Counted from the stretch's first letter, positions 38,859 to 49,945 are shown. The stretch: 64,000 nucleotides of DNA from Candidatus Hydrogenedens sp. (GCA_049968235.1 JBMFRC010000010.1:39468-103467); one strand, 5' to 3'. Translations and numbers: made by a program. The notes: generated from the letters alone by a model not told the origin.

Positions 38859-39959
38859 ATGCATATATGTCATATATATAAAGATGTGTTTCCTCCTATA
38901 GTGGGAGGAATAGAAAAGTTTATCTTTCAGTCTATTCAAGAACAAAAACAATGGGCAAAAATCACGGTCATCATTTGTAGTCGAAATATTCATTCCTTTA
39001 TGGAGACAAAAGGTGGAGTAGATTTTATCTATGTAGGTGAATGGGGTCGTCTTCTGAGCACTCCCATTTCTCCCCTATTCCCTTTTTATATTAAAAGTAT
39101 CAAACCCGATTTGTTTGTTGTTCACACACCCAATCCTCTTGGTGAGTTATCTGTTTTAATAACACAAAGGAAAATACCATATGTAGTTCGTTATCACAGT
39201 GATGTTGTCCGGCAAAAAATTGCTATGAAATTTTATGCCCCTTTCTTTTATAATTTTTTAAAGAAAGCGAAACTTATCATACCAACGAGTGATATTTACG
39301 CAAATAATTCACCTTTTCTGCGTTCTTTTTTGGATAAATGCAGAACGGTTCCTTTAGGTATTGATTTTCATCGTTTTTTACAATCTAATACGGAAAGAGT
39401 AAAAGCGATACAAATGAAGTATGGAACACCTTTTGTGTTTTTTTGTGGTGTTCATCGTTATTATAAAGGTATTCATATTTTGTTAAAATGTTCCCCATAT
39501 ATAAAAGTTCCTATTGTAATAGCAGGTGATGGTCCTGAAAGGAAACATCTCGAAGAAATGGCAAAGAGTACCGATAAGAAAAATATTTATTTTGTTGGTA
39601 AACTGACAGATGAAGATCTGGTCCAATATTTGCATGCATGTTCCATTTTTGTTTTTCCTTCTATAGCGAGAAGTGAAGCATTTGGTTTGTCAATTATTGA
39701 GGCTCATTCTGCGGGAAAGCCTGTAGTAGCAACAAAACTTGGAACAGGCGTTGAATGGGCTAATCTTGATGGAATAACAGGCATTAATGTGCCCCCAAAT
39801 AATGAACATGCCTTAGCACAGGCTATCCAGTTCCTGTTAGATAATGAGGACATCAGAGAAGCCATGGGGAAAACTGCTAAGGAACGAGTTCAATCTGAAT
39901 TTGACATAAAAGTAACTGCTCCTAAAGAGTTCGATTTATATCGGAGTGTAATTGGTTGA
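38859..39959 (+). CDS. glycosyltransferase family 4
   Basis: GT4 C-terminal EX7E region (SEAFGLSIIEAHSAGKPVVAT); starts 10 nt after the radical SAM stop. Confidence 0.7.
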   Translation: MHICHIYKDVFPPIVGGIEKFIFQSIQEQKQWAKITVIICSRNIHSFMETKGGVDFIYVGEWGRLLSTPISPLFPFYIKSIKPDLFVVHTPNPLGELSVLITQRKIPYVVRYHSDVVRQKIAMKFYAPFFYNFLKKAKLIIPTSDIYANNSPFLRSFLDKCRTVPLGIDFHRFLQSNTERVKAIQMKYGTPFVFFCGVHRYYKGIHILLKCSPYIKVPIVIAGDGPERKHLEEMAKSTDKKNIYFVGKLTDEDLVQYLHACSIFVFPSIARSEAFGLSIIEAHSAGKPVVATKLGTGVEWANLDGITGINVPPNNEHALAQAIQFLLDNEDIREAMGKTAKERVQSEFDIKVTAPKEFDLYRSVIG

Positions 39960-41053
39960 TGGATATATTTTCTTTTATTTATGCTTTTGCTATATTTGTA
40001 TCGTTTATATTGTCTATTTTTTTAACAGAATTGTTTCGTCAGTTCGCAATTGCTCATAACATATTAGACCATCCTCATGGGAGGAAAACACATAAACAAT
40101 CTACTCCTTTATTAGGAGGAGTGGGAATATTTTTAACATTTCATATTACGCTCTTAATAATTTTTTTGATATATCTTTTTTCATCCGATTTCAGAGAAGC
40201 CTTACCCGGAAGTTCTATTTTTAATTTTTTGGGTCTGGGTTCTTTCCAAAAAGTTATAGGTATTTTATTGGGAGGAATTATTATTTTCTTTCTAGGACTT
40301 GTTGATGATATGACAGTTCTCAGCCCATGGATAAAATTGACAGGACAAGTCATATCTGCATTTATTTTGGCATGTTCAGGTATAAGAATAGAAATGTTCT
40401 ATTTTTCTAATTGGATTTTATCCTATTTCATAACTATTATCTGGATTGTCTTATTAACAAACTCCTTAAATTTACTGGATAATATGGATGGTCTTTGTGC
40501 AGGTATATCTTTTATTTGTGCCATTTCTTTCTTTTTCTGTATTCAACCTTATGATGAATTTTTAATAAGACTCTTGTTAATGATTTTTGCGGGTAGCGTT
40601 GCGGGCTTTTTATTTCATAACCTTAATCCTGCCAAAATATTTATGGGTGATGCGGGCAGTATGTTTTGTGGATTTTTCCTTTCTACAATCAGTGTGTTAG
40701 GAACATTTCATCTTGAAGGAACACCCTCGAGAGTTGCTATTTTAGCACCTGTAGTTATTTTAAGTGTGCCTTTATTTGATACTTTCAGTGTAATATATCT
40801 TCGATGGAAAAATAACAAACCTATCATGCTGGGAGATAAAAGACATTTTTCACATCGCCTTGTAGAATTGGGAATGACTCAGCGACAGGCTGTAGAATTC
40901 ATCTGGCTGGTAGGAACTATTTCCGGTATCAGTGCTCTTTTTCTTCCAATGTTAGGTTTTAATTTTAGCGTTTTAATTATACTTCAGGTATTAGGTATAT
41001 ATATTCTAATTGTATTGTTAATGAATGCTCCCAAAAGTACCAATAGTAAGTAG
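39956..41053 (+). CDS. WecA/MraY-family polyprenyl-phosphate N-acetylhexosamine-1-phosphate transferase
   Basis: Signature NSLNLLDNMDGLCAG; 10-11 TM helices; ATGA overlap with the upstream GT4. Confidence 0.75.
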   Translation: MMDIFSFIYAFAIFVSFILSIFLTELFRQFAIAHNILDHPHGRKTHKQSTPLLGGVGIFLTFHITLLIIFLIYLFSSDFREALPGSSIFNFLGLGSFQKVIGILLGGIIIFFLGLVDDMTVLSPWIKLTGQVISAFILACSGIRIEMFYFSNWILSYFITIIWIVLLTNSLNLLDNMDGLCAGISFICAISFFFCIQPYDEFLIRLLLMIFAGSVAGFLFHNLNPAKIFMGDAGSMFCGFFLSTISVLGTFHLEGTPSRVAILAPVVILSVPLFDTFSVIYLRWKNNKPIMLGDKRHFSHRLVELGMTQRQAVEFIWLVGTISGISALFLPMLGFNFSVLIILQVLGIYILIVLLMNAPKSTNSK

Positions 41054-41073
41054 TTATAGAAATTAGGTTTGAT

Positions 41074-43974
41074 ATGAAAAAAAATAAAAAATTTTCTAAA
41101 AAGGTTAATCAAGAAGAAAGTCAAAAACTATTTTTTCTTTTCCAAAATAGTTTGGAATTTAATGAAAAAATTCTTGATATCCCTGTTTTATATTTTTTTA
41201 TTACCTTTTTCCTTACTTCCCTACTATCAGTTACAATTTTATTACTCGCTTATTTCAATTTATTAGATGGTTTGAAACCCTGGTTTTTGTCCCATTTTGA
41301 TGTATTAAATTTTACCAGATATTCCAGAGGAAATACAGATATTGGAATCGTGCTGGCAAGCCTTGTATCTGTTGCGGGTCTTTCTATAATTCATCCAATT
41401 TTCGGGATATGTGGTATCACATTGATTAGATGCTGGCTTGATGGTTACACTTATCCAACGGATAATACATATTTTGTCTGGACAATTATTTTTGTTTCGT
41501 TATCTTATATTATTAGAACATTTTTACAGAAACAAAAAATTAGGTTTGATATTCATACTATTTCATTACTCTTATTTGCATCTATCCTTATTCTAGTACT
41601 ACCTATTTCCTGGCAGATTGGAAAAAGTTATCGTTATCTTATTCTCTGGGCATCTTATGCTTTACTATTCCTATCCGCATACGGAAGTATAAAAACAAGT
41701 TCACAAAAAAATATCCTTACCTGGGTAATTTTGTTAACTCTTGGATTACAAACATGGTATGCATTTTTCCATTTCCAATACGTTTTGCCTTTTTTAAGGA
41801 AAAGTCTTTTAATGGACCCAGCGCTACGAATTAAATTTTTTGGAACAGCGGAACTTTCTAAGGAACTTATTTACCGTTTTAATATAAATCGTGCCTTTGG
41901 AACAATGCTATTTCCGAATGCTTTGGGTGGTTTTATTATTCTACTTTTGCCTTCTGTTTTTTATTGGACTATCTATCATTTATATGTGTTATACAACGAA
42001 TGGCAAAATCCCAAAAAGGAACTCATTAAAAAGAAACAGGAACGCGGAGTTTTAATACAAACGGCTATTATCTGGTTCGTTTCGACAATAATTATCTATA
42101 CAACAGAACTTTTCCCCTTAACATACACCTTTGAAGAGAGTTCTAATATTGATGTTTATCTAACGGCTGGTTTTGCAGGATTAATGAGTTTAATTCCCTC
42201 AGGAATATTTGCATGGATATGTTTTAAAAAAGGATATAAAACGGGAAAATATTTTGTTTTTACTCTTATTTTTTCATTATGTTCATTCTTTTCCTTAATA
42301 TCTCTATGGTTGACTTATTCAAGAGGTTCATGGTTAAGCCTTTTCCTTTCCATTTCTCTGTTGTCTATTCTTTTTATCTACTTTCGGTTTATTAACAAGC
42401 AAAAGAAACAAATTCTGCCATCTATAATTTTTATTTTTTTAGTAGTTATTTGTCTTATAACTATCACTGTATTGGGAAATATTGCATTTGCAGAAAATAC
42501 AGAACAGGTTTCAACAAATAACGAAACTCTTTCTAATATGAAGAACACCAACAACAATTTGAGTAATGAGAACAAAGCAGCAGAAGAAATAATGGAAAGT
42601 GGGGTGGGCGTGTCATGGGAGCATTTAAGTGACCCTTCATCTTTTCGGTTACGTTGGAGTTATTGGAAGGTAGGCTTAAATATGTGGTTTCATAACCTTT
42701 TTACAGGTGTGGGTTTAGGGAATTTTGCTCTTGCATATCCTCACTACCAGTATTTAGGTGCTGGTGATGTTAAAGAATGTCATAATGGCTACCTTCAGAT
42801 ACTTTGTGAAACAGGTATTTTAGGAGGAATTTTCTTTTTGTTTTTCATAATAACCATTCTTTATAAAATAGGAAAAAGCATAAAAGAAAATAGAAATTAT
42901 TACAGTATTGCATGGAGTATTGGGATTCTTGCATTTCTTATACATGCAGGTTTAGATATACATTTCTCCCACCCTTCTCTTGTAACATATTTCCTTATTG
43001 CACTGGCATTATTCTTAAATGAAATGAAACGAGAAGAATCAAATGAACAGTGGGACACAGAAGAAAAGGTAAAATTTTATCTTACGCCGTTATTTCTTGT
43101 GTTATTTTGTATTGTTATTTTTGCTTCTTCTCTATTTCCCTACACAAGAGACCTTGTACGTAGTAGAATGTCTTTTCTGAATGTTGGTAAAGATACAGAA
43201 ATTCCACTTGTTCTAAAGTCTATTAATTACGTTTTTACAGATGTATTTGAATATGCCATGAAAAAATCTGATAAACAACCCAAAATGTCGGCTACAATTT
43301 TGAAATTTTTCTTTGTTGATTTAAATAAACTTCGAATGTTTGGGAATTTATATGTACCGGAAGGGAATGGTAGTAATAAAGCGACTATACTTCCTGAGGG
43401 AAATCCTGTTCCTGATAATGCGGTTTTATTAGTTAAAGAACCATGGCTCCTAATTAATAGAATTCGTAATTCCAGTCTTCATTATGCGGAATATTTAAAA
43501 CAAATTGATAAAATTTTTCCATACCAGGAAGATATACCTAATTATCTTAATGAAATATATAAATTAATATTTTTATATTCTCCTTATGAAACTCATAGCG
43601 AAATTGTAAATAATTCTCGTGAAGAAATGCTTCATTGGGCAAAAGAAGCCATTCGTCGAAGCCCATACAATGGTGACCTTTATTATAATTACGGAAAATC
43701 ACTCTGGTTCTCGGCAACAAAAGATTGTGCAAACCCGGATGAGAGAAATAAGTATATTAAAATTGCTATTGAAAATTTTGAAAAGTGTGCTTTGCAATGG
43801 AAAAATATACCTTTCTATTGGGATGAATATATAGCACACATGAAAGATGCTGTTGGTTTCTTTGAAAGTAATAATCAGATAGAAGAGAAAAATAAGATAC
43901 TGGAGAAGATAGAAGAAGCAAGCCGATATGTAAAGATACTCAAGGAAGAAAGGGCAAAATTAAACCTGTGGTAA
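41074..43974 (+). CDS. large polytopic membrane protein with O-antigen ligase/Wzy_C-like core and C-terminal ~300-aa soluble TPR-like domain
   Basis: More than 12 TM helices; Wzy_C-like loop ...HNGYLQILCETGILGG...; helical repeat-rich C-terminus; 966 aa. Confidence 0.55.
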   Translation: MKKNKKFSKKVNQEESQKLFFLFQNSLEFNEKILDIPVLYFFITFFLTSLLSVTILLLAYFNLLDGLKPWFLSHFDVLNFTRYSRGNTDIGIVLASLVSVAGLSIIHPIFGICGITLIRCWLDGYTYPTDNTYFVWTIIFVSLSYIIRTFLQKQKIRFDIHTISLLLFASILILVLPISWQIGKSYRYLILWASYALLFLSAYGSIKTSSQKNILTWVILLTLGLQTWYAFFHFQYVLPFLRKSLLMDPALRIKFFGTAELSKELIYRFNINRAFGTMLFPNALGGFIILLLPSVFYWTIYHLYVLYNEWQNPKKELIKKKQERGVLIQTAIIWFVSTIIIYTTELFPLTYTFEESSNIDVYLTAGFAGLMSLIPSGIFAWICFKKGYKTGKYFVFTLIFSLCSFFSLISLWLTYSRGSWLSLFLSISLLSILFIYFRFINKQKKQILPSIIFIFLVVICLITITVLGNIAFAENTEQVSTNNETLSNMKNTNNNLSNENKAAEEIMESGVGVSWEHLSDPSSFRLRWSYWKVGLNMWFHNLFTGVGLGNFALAYPHYQYLGAGDVKECHNGYLQILCETGILGGIFFLFFIITILYKIGKSIKENRNYYSIAWSIGILAFLIHAGLDIHFSHPSLVTYFLIALALFLNEMKREESNEQWDTEEKVKFYLTPLFLVLFCIVIFASSLFPYTRDLVRSRMSFLNVGKDTEIPLVLKSINYVFTDVFEYAMKKSDKQPKMSATILKFFFVDLNKLRMFGNLYVPEGNGSNKATILPEGNPVPDNAVLLVKEPWLLINRIRNSSLHYAEYLKQIDKIFPYQEDIPNYLNEIYKLIFLYSPYETHSEIVNNSREEMLHWAKEAIRRSPYNGDLYYNYGKSLWFSATKDCANPDERNKYIKIAIENFEKCALQWKNIPFYWDEYIAHMKDAVGFFESNNQIEEKNKILEKIEEASRYVKILKEERAKLNLW

Positions 43975-43992
43975 AATTCAGGATTTTGAATA

Positions 43993-45084
43993 ATGAGTAG
44001 TATTCCTACGCAACAAAAACGAATTAATTTAATACGTGACATAATAAAGAAATATGAATGCGATGCTTTTTTAAGTTTTTGTCCTATTGATAATAGATAC
44101 TTATCAGGCTTCTCAGGTTCTACTTCTGTTGTTTTAATTACTCGTGAAAATTGTTTTTTCCTTTCTGATTTTCGTTATAAAGAACAAACTAGTAATGAAG
44201 TCTTTAATTTTTCCATTTCAATTGTTTCTGGCAATCTTGATAACAAACTCTTAAATATTGTTAAATCAAACAAAATAAAAAAAATCGCTGTAAATACCGA
44301 AAAGATAAGTTTGAGACTATCAGAAGATTTGAGAAAAAAAGGTAGATTTGAACTTATAGATGCAAGAGAAGAACTTTCACAATTGCGCATTTTGAAAGAC
44401 ACCAATGAAATAGATAACATTCGACAGGCGTGCAAAATTACGGAAATGTCCGTGTTTCATTGTACTTCTTTTCTTAAAGAAGGGGTTACAGAGAGAGAAA
44501 TTTCTGCAAGAATTGATTATGAATTTCGAATCAATGGTGCTGATGGTTCTGCTTTTGATACTATCGTTTTATTTGGAAAGAATTCATCTCTACCCCATGG
44601 TAAACCCGGTGATAAAAAACTTTCTATTGGGGATATCGTGTTAATTGATTGTGGGTGTCTTTATAAAGGTTATTGTTCTGATTTAACCCGAACATTTGTA
44701 TATGGAGCCATTCCAGGAACATGGTTTACAGAGATATATGAAACGGTCTTATCTGCACAAATAAATGCCTTAAAGGCTCTGACGCCCGAAAAGAAAACAA
44801 ATGAAATAGACCATATTGCTCGCAGGTATATATCAGGAAAAGGCATGGGAACATATTTTGGGCATGGATTAGGGCATGGTGTTGGCATGGAGATTCATGA
44901 ACCTCCACGATTGAATACAGATAGTTCAACTACATTAAAAGAAGGTTTTGTGATTACAATCGAACCCGGTATATATATCCCTGGTAAAGGTGGAGTTCGG
45001 ATAGAGGATACAGTTTTAATTACAAAAGATGGATATGAACGATTAACCACATCGGATAAGTACTTAAAAGTTCTTCCTCTTTAA
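43993..45084 (+). CDS. M24-family Xaa-Pro aminopeptidase/dipeptidase
   Basis: HGLGHGVGMEIHEPP M24 signature and pita-bread metal ligands (D...D...H...E...E). Confidence 0.75.
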   Translation: MSSIPTQQKRINLIRDIIKKYECDAFLSFCPIDNRYLSGFSGSTSVVLITRENCFFLSDFRYKEQTSNEVFNFSISIVSGNLDNKLLNIVKSNKIKKIAVNTEKISLRLSEDLRKKGRFELIDAREELSQLRILKDTNEIDNIRQACKITEMSVFHCTSFLKEGVTEREISARIDYEFRINGADGSAFDTIVLFGKNSSLPHGKPGDKKLSIGDIVLIDCGCLYKGYCSDLTRTFVYGAIPGTWFTEIYETVLSAQINALKALTPEKKTNEIDHIARRYISGKGMGTYFGHGLGHGVGMEIHEPPRLNTDSSTTLKEGFVITIEPGIYIPGKGGVRIEDTVLITKDGYERLTTSDKYLKVLPL

Positions 45085-45088
45085 TTGT

Positions 45089-46855
45089 TTACTCTATAAC
45101 TCCAAAACTTCTTTCAGGTAAAAGGACGAAATTATTTTCGGTTTTTATTTCTTTGCAATAGGTATTAGGCACTTTATTTTCGTTTTGATAATAATAAATG
45201 CGATTACAATCGTTTTTGTTTGTTAATTTTATTTTTTGTTGTTTATTAGATAAATTTGCCCAATACAGTCTATCCCCTATTTTTGTAATTTTGACAAAAT
45301 TAGGATTTGAAGTAATAACAGGGTAAATCTTATCTCCCGGCTGTGTATAGTTTGTAAAGATTTTTAATGCATAATATATCGGGAATACTTGCCAATTTTT
45401 ATCTGAATATCCCCATAAACCTATCCGCATAGGTTCTTTTAGTCCCGGATACCTCATTTCCTGTAAACACCATATACTAAAACCTGATACTCCTTGATTT
45501 AACCCATCTATTATTGCTGAATATGTATAAAGAGCACCCTCATATTCTTGCATAATTGGATTAATAGAAGGAGGTTGAAATCTATGGTCCGTTATACCAA
45601 ATTCTGTTACTACAAAAGGCTTCTTCCTATTTAGTCTACTATTTTTTATTAATCCTATACGAGTATTAAATAATTCATTTGAAAAATGAGCGGTGCTAAA
45701 ATGCCAATAGAAATGCGATGCCCAGACATCAACTGTATTGCTATAATCTTTATCCTTCAAACAGGCATCAAACCAATCTGTACCCATTGCATCATCACTA
45801 CCAATTATTTTTAGTTTTATATTATTTTCTCTGAATTTCTCTTTTAATATCTTATGAAGTTCAGTAAATTTTTGAAATCTATTTTCATTTGCTTTAAAGA
45901 AATAATTCGGTTCATTTGTTAAAGTAAAATATTTTATATTAACGAATTTTTTTTGTTTAATAAGGTAATTTAAAAGTCCAATGATAGTATTTACTCTTTT
46001 TTCTGTATTTTCCCATGTATCTTTCATACCCCAATCGACACATGTTATATTTATATCTATATTCAAATCTTTATACTCTTGAAGTGTTTTACATAAACTT
46101 TGAATTCCATCACTATCAAATGTAAATGTTTTACCATCATCTGAAGGATTCCAATCTTTGAACCAAACAAATGTTCGAACCCAGTGAGGTTTTAATTCTT
46201 TCAGCCTATTTTTGCGAATTTTTATTGCTTCTTCATTTACCCCATCTTGTTGTAAATTATTCTTATCATAAAATCTACCATCATCTTCAGCACCAAATCC
46301 AATCAACCGATGTTCTAATGGTTTTTTACTAATATTCAGGTGTAGCACATCCTCATCATAAGAATCTCTTGGGGAAAAACAAGAAAAAATCGGTTCTTCA
46401 CTTTCAATTTTTCCTTTATTATGTATGTAAATTGATACTCTTACTTTTTTCGTATTGGGAGGTGTTATTGCATATAACTTTATTGGTATACAATCTGGTG
46501 TTGGTTCTGTCAGCCTTTCTTCGACAAATTCTATTCTCTTCCCTTCTCCATCAATAAAACTTATACTAAGTCCACCCCCTATAGAATTTTCTTTCCAGAC
46601 TAACCGCATTCGGGCAGTAGCATAGACAAACCGTTCCCCGTCAACTGGAAAATCAGAAGAGATATGGTGCCATTTATTTTCTTCATTGTTTTCAGTTACT
46701 TCTAATTCAAGTATTTTTTCTTTACCCAATGTTGTGATTATCTTCTTCTTTGTTAAGGAATCCGAATTGAGCCATTGTAATTCCTGGCTTCCAATTTCAT
46801 TGGCATAATCAAAGATTACATGGACAATAAATATAAAAGTAAATAGATAATACAT
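45089..46855 (-). CDS. clan GH-A glycoside hydrolase (GH5/GH30/GH39-like) with N-terminal beta-sandwich domain
   Basis: LTNEPN (acid/base Glu) and VTEFG (nucleophile Glu) spaced as in (beta/alpha)8 GH-A enzymes; signal/TM N-terminus. Confidence 0.45.
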   Translation of the reverse strand: MYYLFTFIFIVHVIFDYANEIGSQELQWLNSDSLTKKKIITTLGKEKILELEVTENNEENKWHHISSDFPVDGERFVYATARMRLVWKENSIGGGLSISFIDGEGKRIEFVEERLTEPTPDCIPIKLYAITPPNTKKVRVSIYIHNKGKIESEEPIFSCFSPRDSYDEDVLHLNISKKPLEHRLIGFGAEDDGRFYDKNNLQQDGVNEEAIKIRKNRLKELKPHWVRTFVWFKDWNPSDDGKTFTFDSDGIQSLCKTLQEYKDLNIDINITCVDWGMKDTWENTEKRVNTIIGLLNYLIKQKKFVNIKYFTLTNEPNYFFKANENRFQKFTELHKILKEKFRENNIKLKIIGSDDAMGTDWFDACLKDKDYSNTVDVWASHFYWHFSTAHFSNELFNTRIGLIKNSRLNRKKPFVVTEFGITDHRFQPPSINPIMQEYEGALYTYSAIIDGLNQGVSGFSIWCLQEMRYPGLKEPMRIGLWGYSDKNWQVFPIYYALKIFTNYTQPGDKIYPVITSNPNFVKITKIGDRLYWANLSNKQQKIKLTNKNDCNRIYYYQNENKVPNTYCKEIKTENNFVLLPERSFGVIE

Positions 46856-46868
46856 TCGATTATAAATT

Positions 46869-49800
46869 TTATTTGTTATTTTCTATCTTTCCACGGGTGA
46901 ACAGGTCATATAAAATTGGGATTACTATCATTGTGAGAATTCCGCTTGAGGTAATACCACCTATACTTGCAATACCTATATCTGTTCTTATCTCACTTCC
47001 CAGTCCTTTTCCTATTGCAATAGGAACCGTACCTGCAACGGCTGCCAATGTAATCATCAAAATGGGTCTAAATTGTTCTCGTGCAGATTGTATCATAGCC
47101 TTATGTCTTGAAACACCTGATGCTACAAGTTGATTAAGTCGGTCAATAATAAGAATAGCATTATTTACCACAATACCGGACAACATAACAAAACCAAGTA
47201 GAACGAACATCGAAATAGAATAACCTGTTAGATACAGCGATATAACAACACCTATCAATCCTAAAGGTAAAGTTATTAATATAAAAAATGGTTGTTTAAA
47301 AGATTCTAAAATGGCTGCTAATACAAGTATAATCAAAACCACGGCAATGATACCTGCTCTTGCAAATTCTACTTGTGCTTCTACCATAACTTCGTTTTCA
47401 CCAAAGAAATAATAATCATATCCCTGTGGTAAATTACCATATTTCTTAATTACATCCGTCAACTCTGCTACTGCTGTTCCTAATGGTTTTCGCGGTGTAA
47501 GTCCTGCAAATAATTTTTCTATTTTCCGTTTATTTTTACGTAACACATTTATGGGAGCTACTCTTTCTTCAACTTTTGCTACCGTTGTTAGGTTTATAGG
47601 TTTACCGGGTGCACCGGGCAACAAAAAATTTTCTACCTGTTGTTTCCCTTCTATTTCATTGAATTTGACAACAATATCATAATTTCTTCCCTCCTGTTTA
47701 TAAACTCCGGCTGTAATTCCTTCAAGATTTCCACGAAGAAGCATCCCTAACACAACGGGTGGAATGTTTAAATCAGTTAGTAGAGGTTTATTCGGATAAA
47801 TCTTTAGTTCGGGTCTCCCTAAACGAATACTTGTATCAATATCTTTTAACCCTTCTAATTTTTTTGCATACGGTTCTATTCTTCTAACTATCTTTTGTAT
47901 TTCTTCTCTATCATCACCAAAAATTTCTAACTCTATAGGTATGGATTGTCCCCCTATAGCAGCAGGACTTCCCACTCTATATTGACAATCAGGATAATTT
48001 TCTAATAACTTTCTTATTCTATCTTTCAATGCGTCAATAGGCATATCGGGTCGTTCTGGTTTCTCATTGAAAACCAGAAGTATCTGCGCTACATAAACAC
48101 CTTCCGATGTTTGCCCCATAATCCCCTGTATTTTACCTATAGAAGAAAGCACATGTCTCAAATAAGGTAACTCTTTTACTTTTTCTTCTACTTCTTTAAC
48201 CCTTTTTATTGTATTTTTTAAATTATAATGAGTTGGGTATTCTAAGCTGATAAAAATAGTTCCTCTATCCGGTTCTTCAAAAAAACCAAAGCCCATCTTT
48301 TGAATCAAATTAAAGGTAAAAATAAATATGACTACCACACTAACGGTGAATAAAAAAGAAGCCCATCGCTTATGTTCAAAAAACTTTAAAATTGCCACAT
48401 AACCCGTTCTAATAAAATCTAAAAAAGTATTAAATATTTGTTCAAACTTATAGATAATTCCTTTTTTAGTAGTAGATTTTAATAAAAGGGAAGCAAGCAA
48501 TGGTGTCATAGTAAATGAGATAAATAATGAAACGGCTGTAACTATAATCATCGTCCATGCAAAGGGAGCCAGAAATAGACCTACTTGAGAACCCATCGTT
48601 GCGATAGGAAAAAGTACAACAAGATTTGTTCCTGCACTTGCAAGCACTGCAACGAATACACGGCTTGCTCCCTTTATGGCTGATTCTTTGGGGTCTTGTG
48701 TCCTCTGAAATTCTGTCATAATACTTTCTAAAACCACGATAGAGTTTGTAACGAGTATTCCCACGGATAACCCCATGGATATAAGGGTACTGATATTTAA
48801 ACTATAACCTAATAAACTTATAAAAAATAGACCTACAATTATGGTTAACGGCATGGTAATTCCAACGATGAATGTAAGACGTAAATTATGTAAGAAGAAG
48901 AAAAGTATCAGAGCAGTAAGAATAATTCCTTGAATAATATCCCCTGTTGTGCTATCCACTGTTGCTTTAATAAAACTCCCTTCATCATTTACCCAGACTA
49001 AATCCATGCCTGTAGGTAAAGATGTTTGTATATTCTGAATAGCAGAACGAACTGCATTTACTACTTTTACAGTGTTTGCTTCTGCTCTTTTCACAATTCG
49101 AATATAAACACATGATTTACCATCAAGAAATGCAGTCTGTCTTATTTCCTTGGAGGTAAAAACAACCTTCCCAACATCTTTAATATAACATCTTGAACCT
49201 TCTTTAGATATTATAGGCAAAGTTTCTAATTGTTCTACCTGGTTATATTCCGCATCATATTTGACTGAATATTCCATACCCTCTTCTTTAATTCTTCCGG
49301 AAGGAATTAAGCGAACTCCTTTTTGAATGGCTTCTACAATATCTAAAGAAGTTAACCCTCGTGAAGCCAGTTTATCTCTGTCCAGAAGTACATGCACCTC
49401 TCTTTTTGCCCCGCCAATTAGCTCGACACTTGCAACGCCCTCGATTGTCGTCAACTTATCCTTTAACTGATTATCAGCATAATCATATAATTCATCTATG
49501 GGAATATCTCCTGTAAGGGCTAAATCTATTATAGGAACTGCATTAATATCGAATTTTAATACCTTAGGTTTTTCTGTTCCCTCTGGAAAATCGTTTTGTA
49601 TAAGGTCTAATTTCTCACGGACATCGTATGCAGCGACATCAACATCAACATTAAGTTGAAACTCAAGAAAGGTCTGACAAACGTTTTCCATACAATTTGA
49701 AGTAACATGTTTTAATCCATCTATGGTAAAGACCGCATCTTCAATTCTTCGTGCTATATCTGTCTCTATTTCTTCAGGACTTGCCCCTGGGTATACAGTT

Positions 49801-49943
49801 ACAACAGTTACATACGGGACATCTACTTTCGGGAAAAATTCTAATCCCATTCTGTAATAGGCATCTATTCCTAAAAAGGTAAGCCCAATGAATAGACATG
49901 TTGTGGCAACAGGTCGTCGAACAGATAGTTCTATTAAATTCAT
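46869..49943 (-). CDS. RND multidrug efflux transporter, AcrB/HAE1 family
   Basis: 1024 aa, 12-TM/2 large periplasmic loop layout; N-terminal MNLIELSVRRPVATT typical of AcrB. Confidence 0.85.
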   Translation of the reverse strand: MNLIELSVRRPVATTCLFIGLTFLGIDAYYRMGLEFFPKVDVPYVTVVTVYPGASPEEIETDIARRIEDAVFTIDGLKHVTSNCMENVCQTFLEFQLNVDVDVAAYDVREKLDLIQNDFPEGTEKPKVLKFDINAVPIIDLALTGDIPIDELYDYADNQLKDKLTTIEGVASVELIGGAKREVHVLLDRDKLASRGLTSLDIVEAIQKGVRLIPSGRIKEEGMEYSVKYDAEYNQVEQLETLPIISKEGSRCYIKDVGKVVFTSKEIRQTAFLDGKSCVYIRIVKRAEANTVKVVNAVRSAIQNIQTSLPTGMDLVWVNDEGSFIKATVDSTTGDIIQGIILTALILFFFLHNLRLTFIVGITMPLTIIVGLFFISLLGYSLNISTLISMGLSVGILVTNSIVVLESIMTEFQRTQDPKESAIKGASRVFVAVLASAGTNLVVLFPIATMGSQVGLFLAPFAWTMIIVTAVSLFISFTMTPLLASLLLKSTTKKGIIYKFEQIFNTFLDFIRTGYVAILKFFEHKRWASFLFTVSVVVIFIFTFNLIQKMGFGFFEEPDRGTIFISLEYPTHYNLKNTIKRVKEVEEKVKELPYLRHVLSSIGKIQGIMGQTSEGVYVAQILLVFNEKPERPDMPIDALKDRIRKLLENYPDCQYRVGSPAAIGGQSIPIELEIFGDDREEIQKIVRRIEPYAKKLEGLKDIDTSIRLGRPELKIYPNKPLLTDLNIPPVVLGMLLRGNLEGITAGVYKQEGRNYDIVVKFNEIEGKQQVENFLLPGAPGKPINLTTVAKVEERVAPINVLRKNKRKIEKLFAGLTPRKPLGTAVAELTDVIKKYGNLPQGYDYYFFGENEVMVEAQVEFARAGIIAVVLIILVLAAILESFKQPFFILITLPLGLIGVVISLYLTGYSISMFVLLGFVMLSGIVVNNAILIIDRLNQLVASGVSRHKAMIQSAREQFRPILMITLAAVAGTVPIAIGKGLGSEIRTDIGIASIGGITSSGILTMIVIPILYDLFTRGKIENNK

Positions 49944-49945
49944 AT

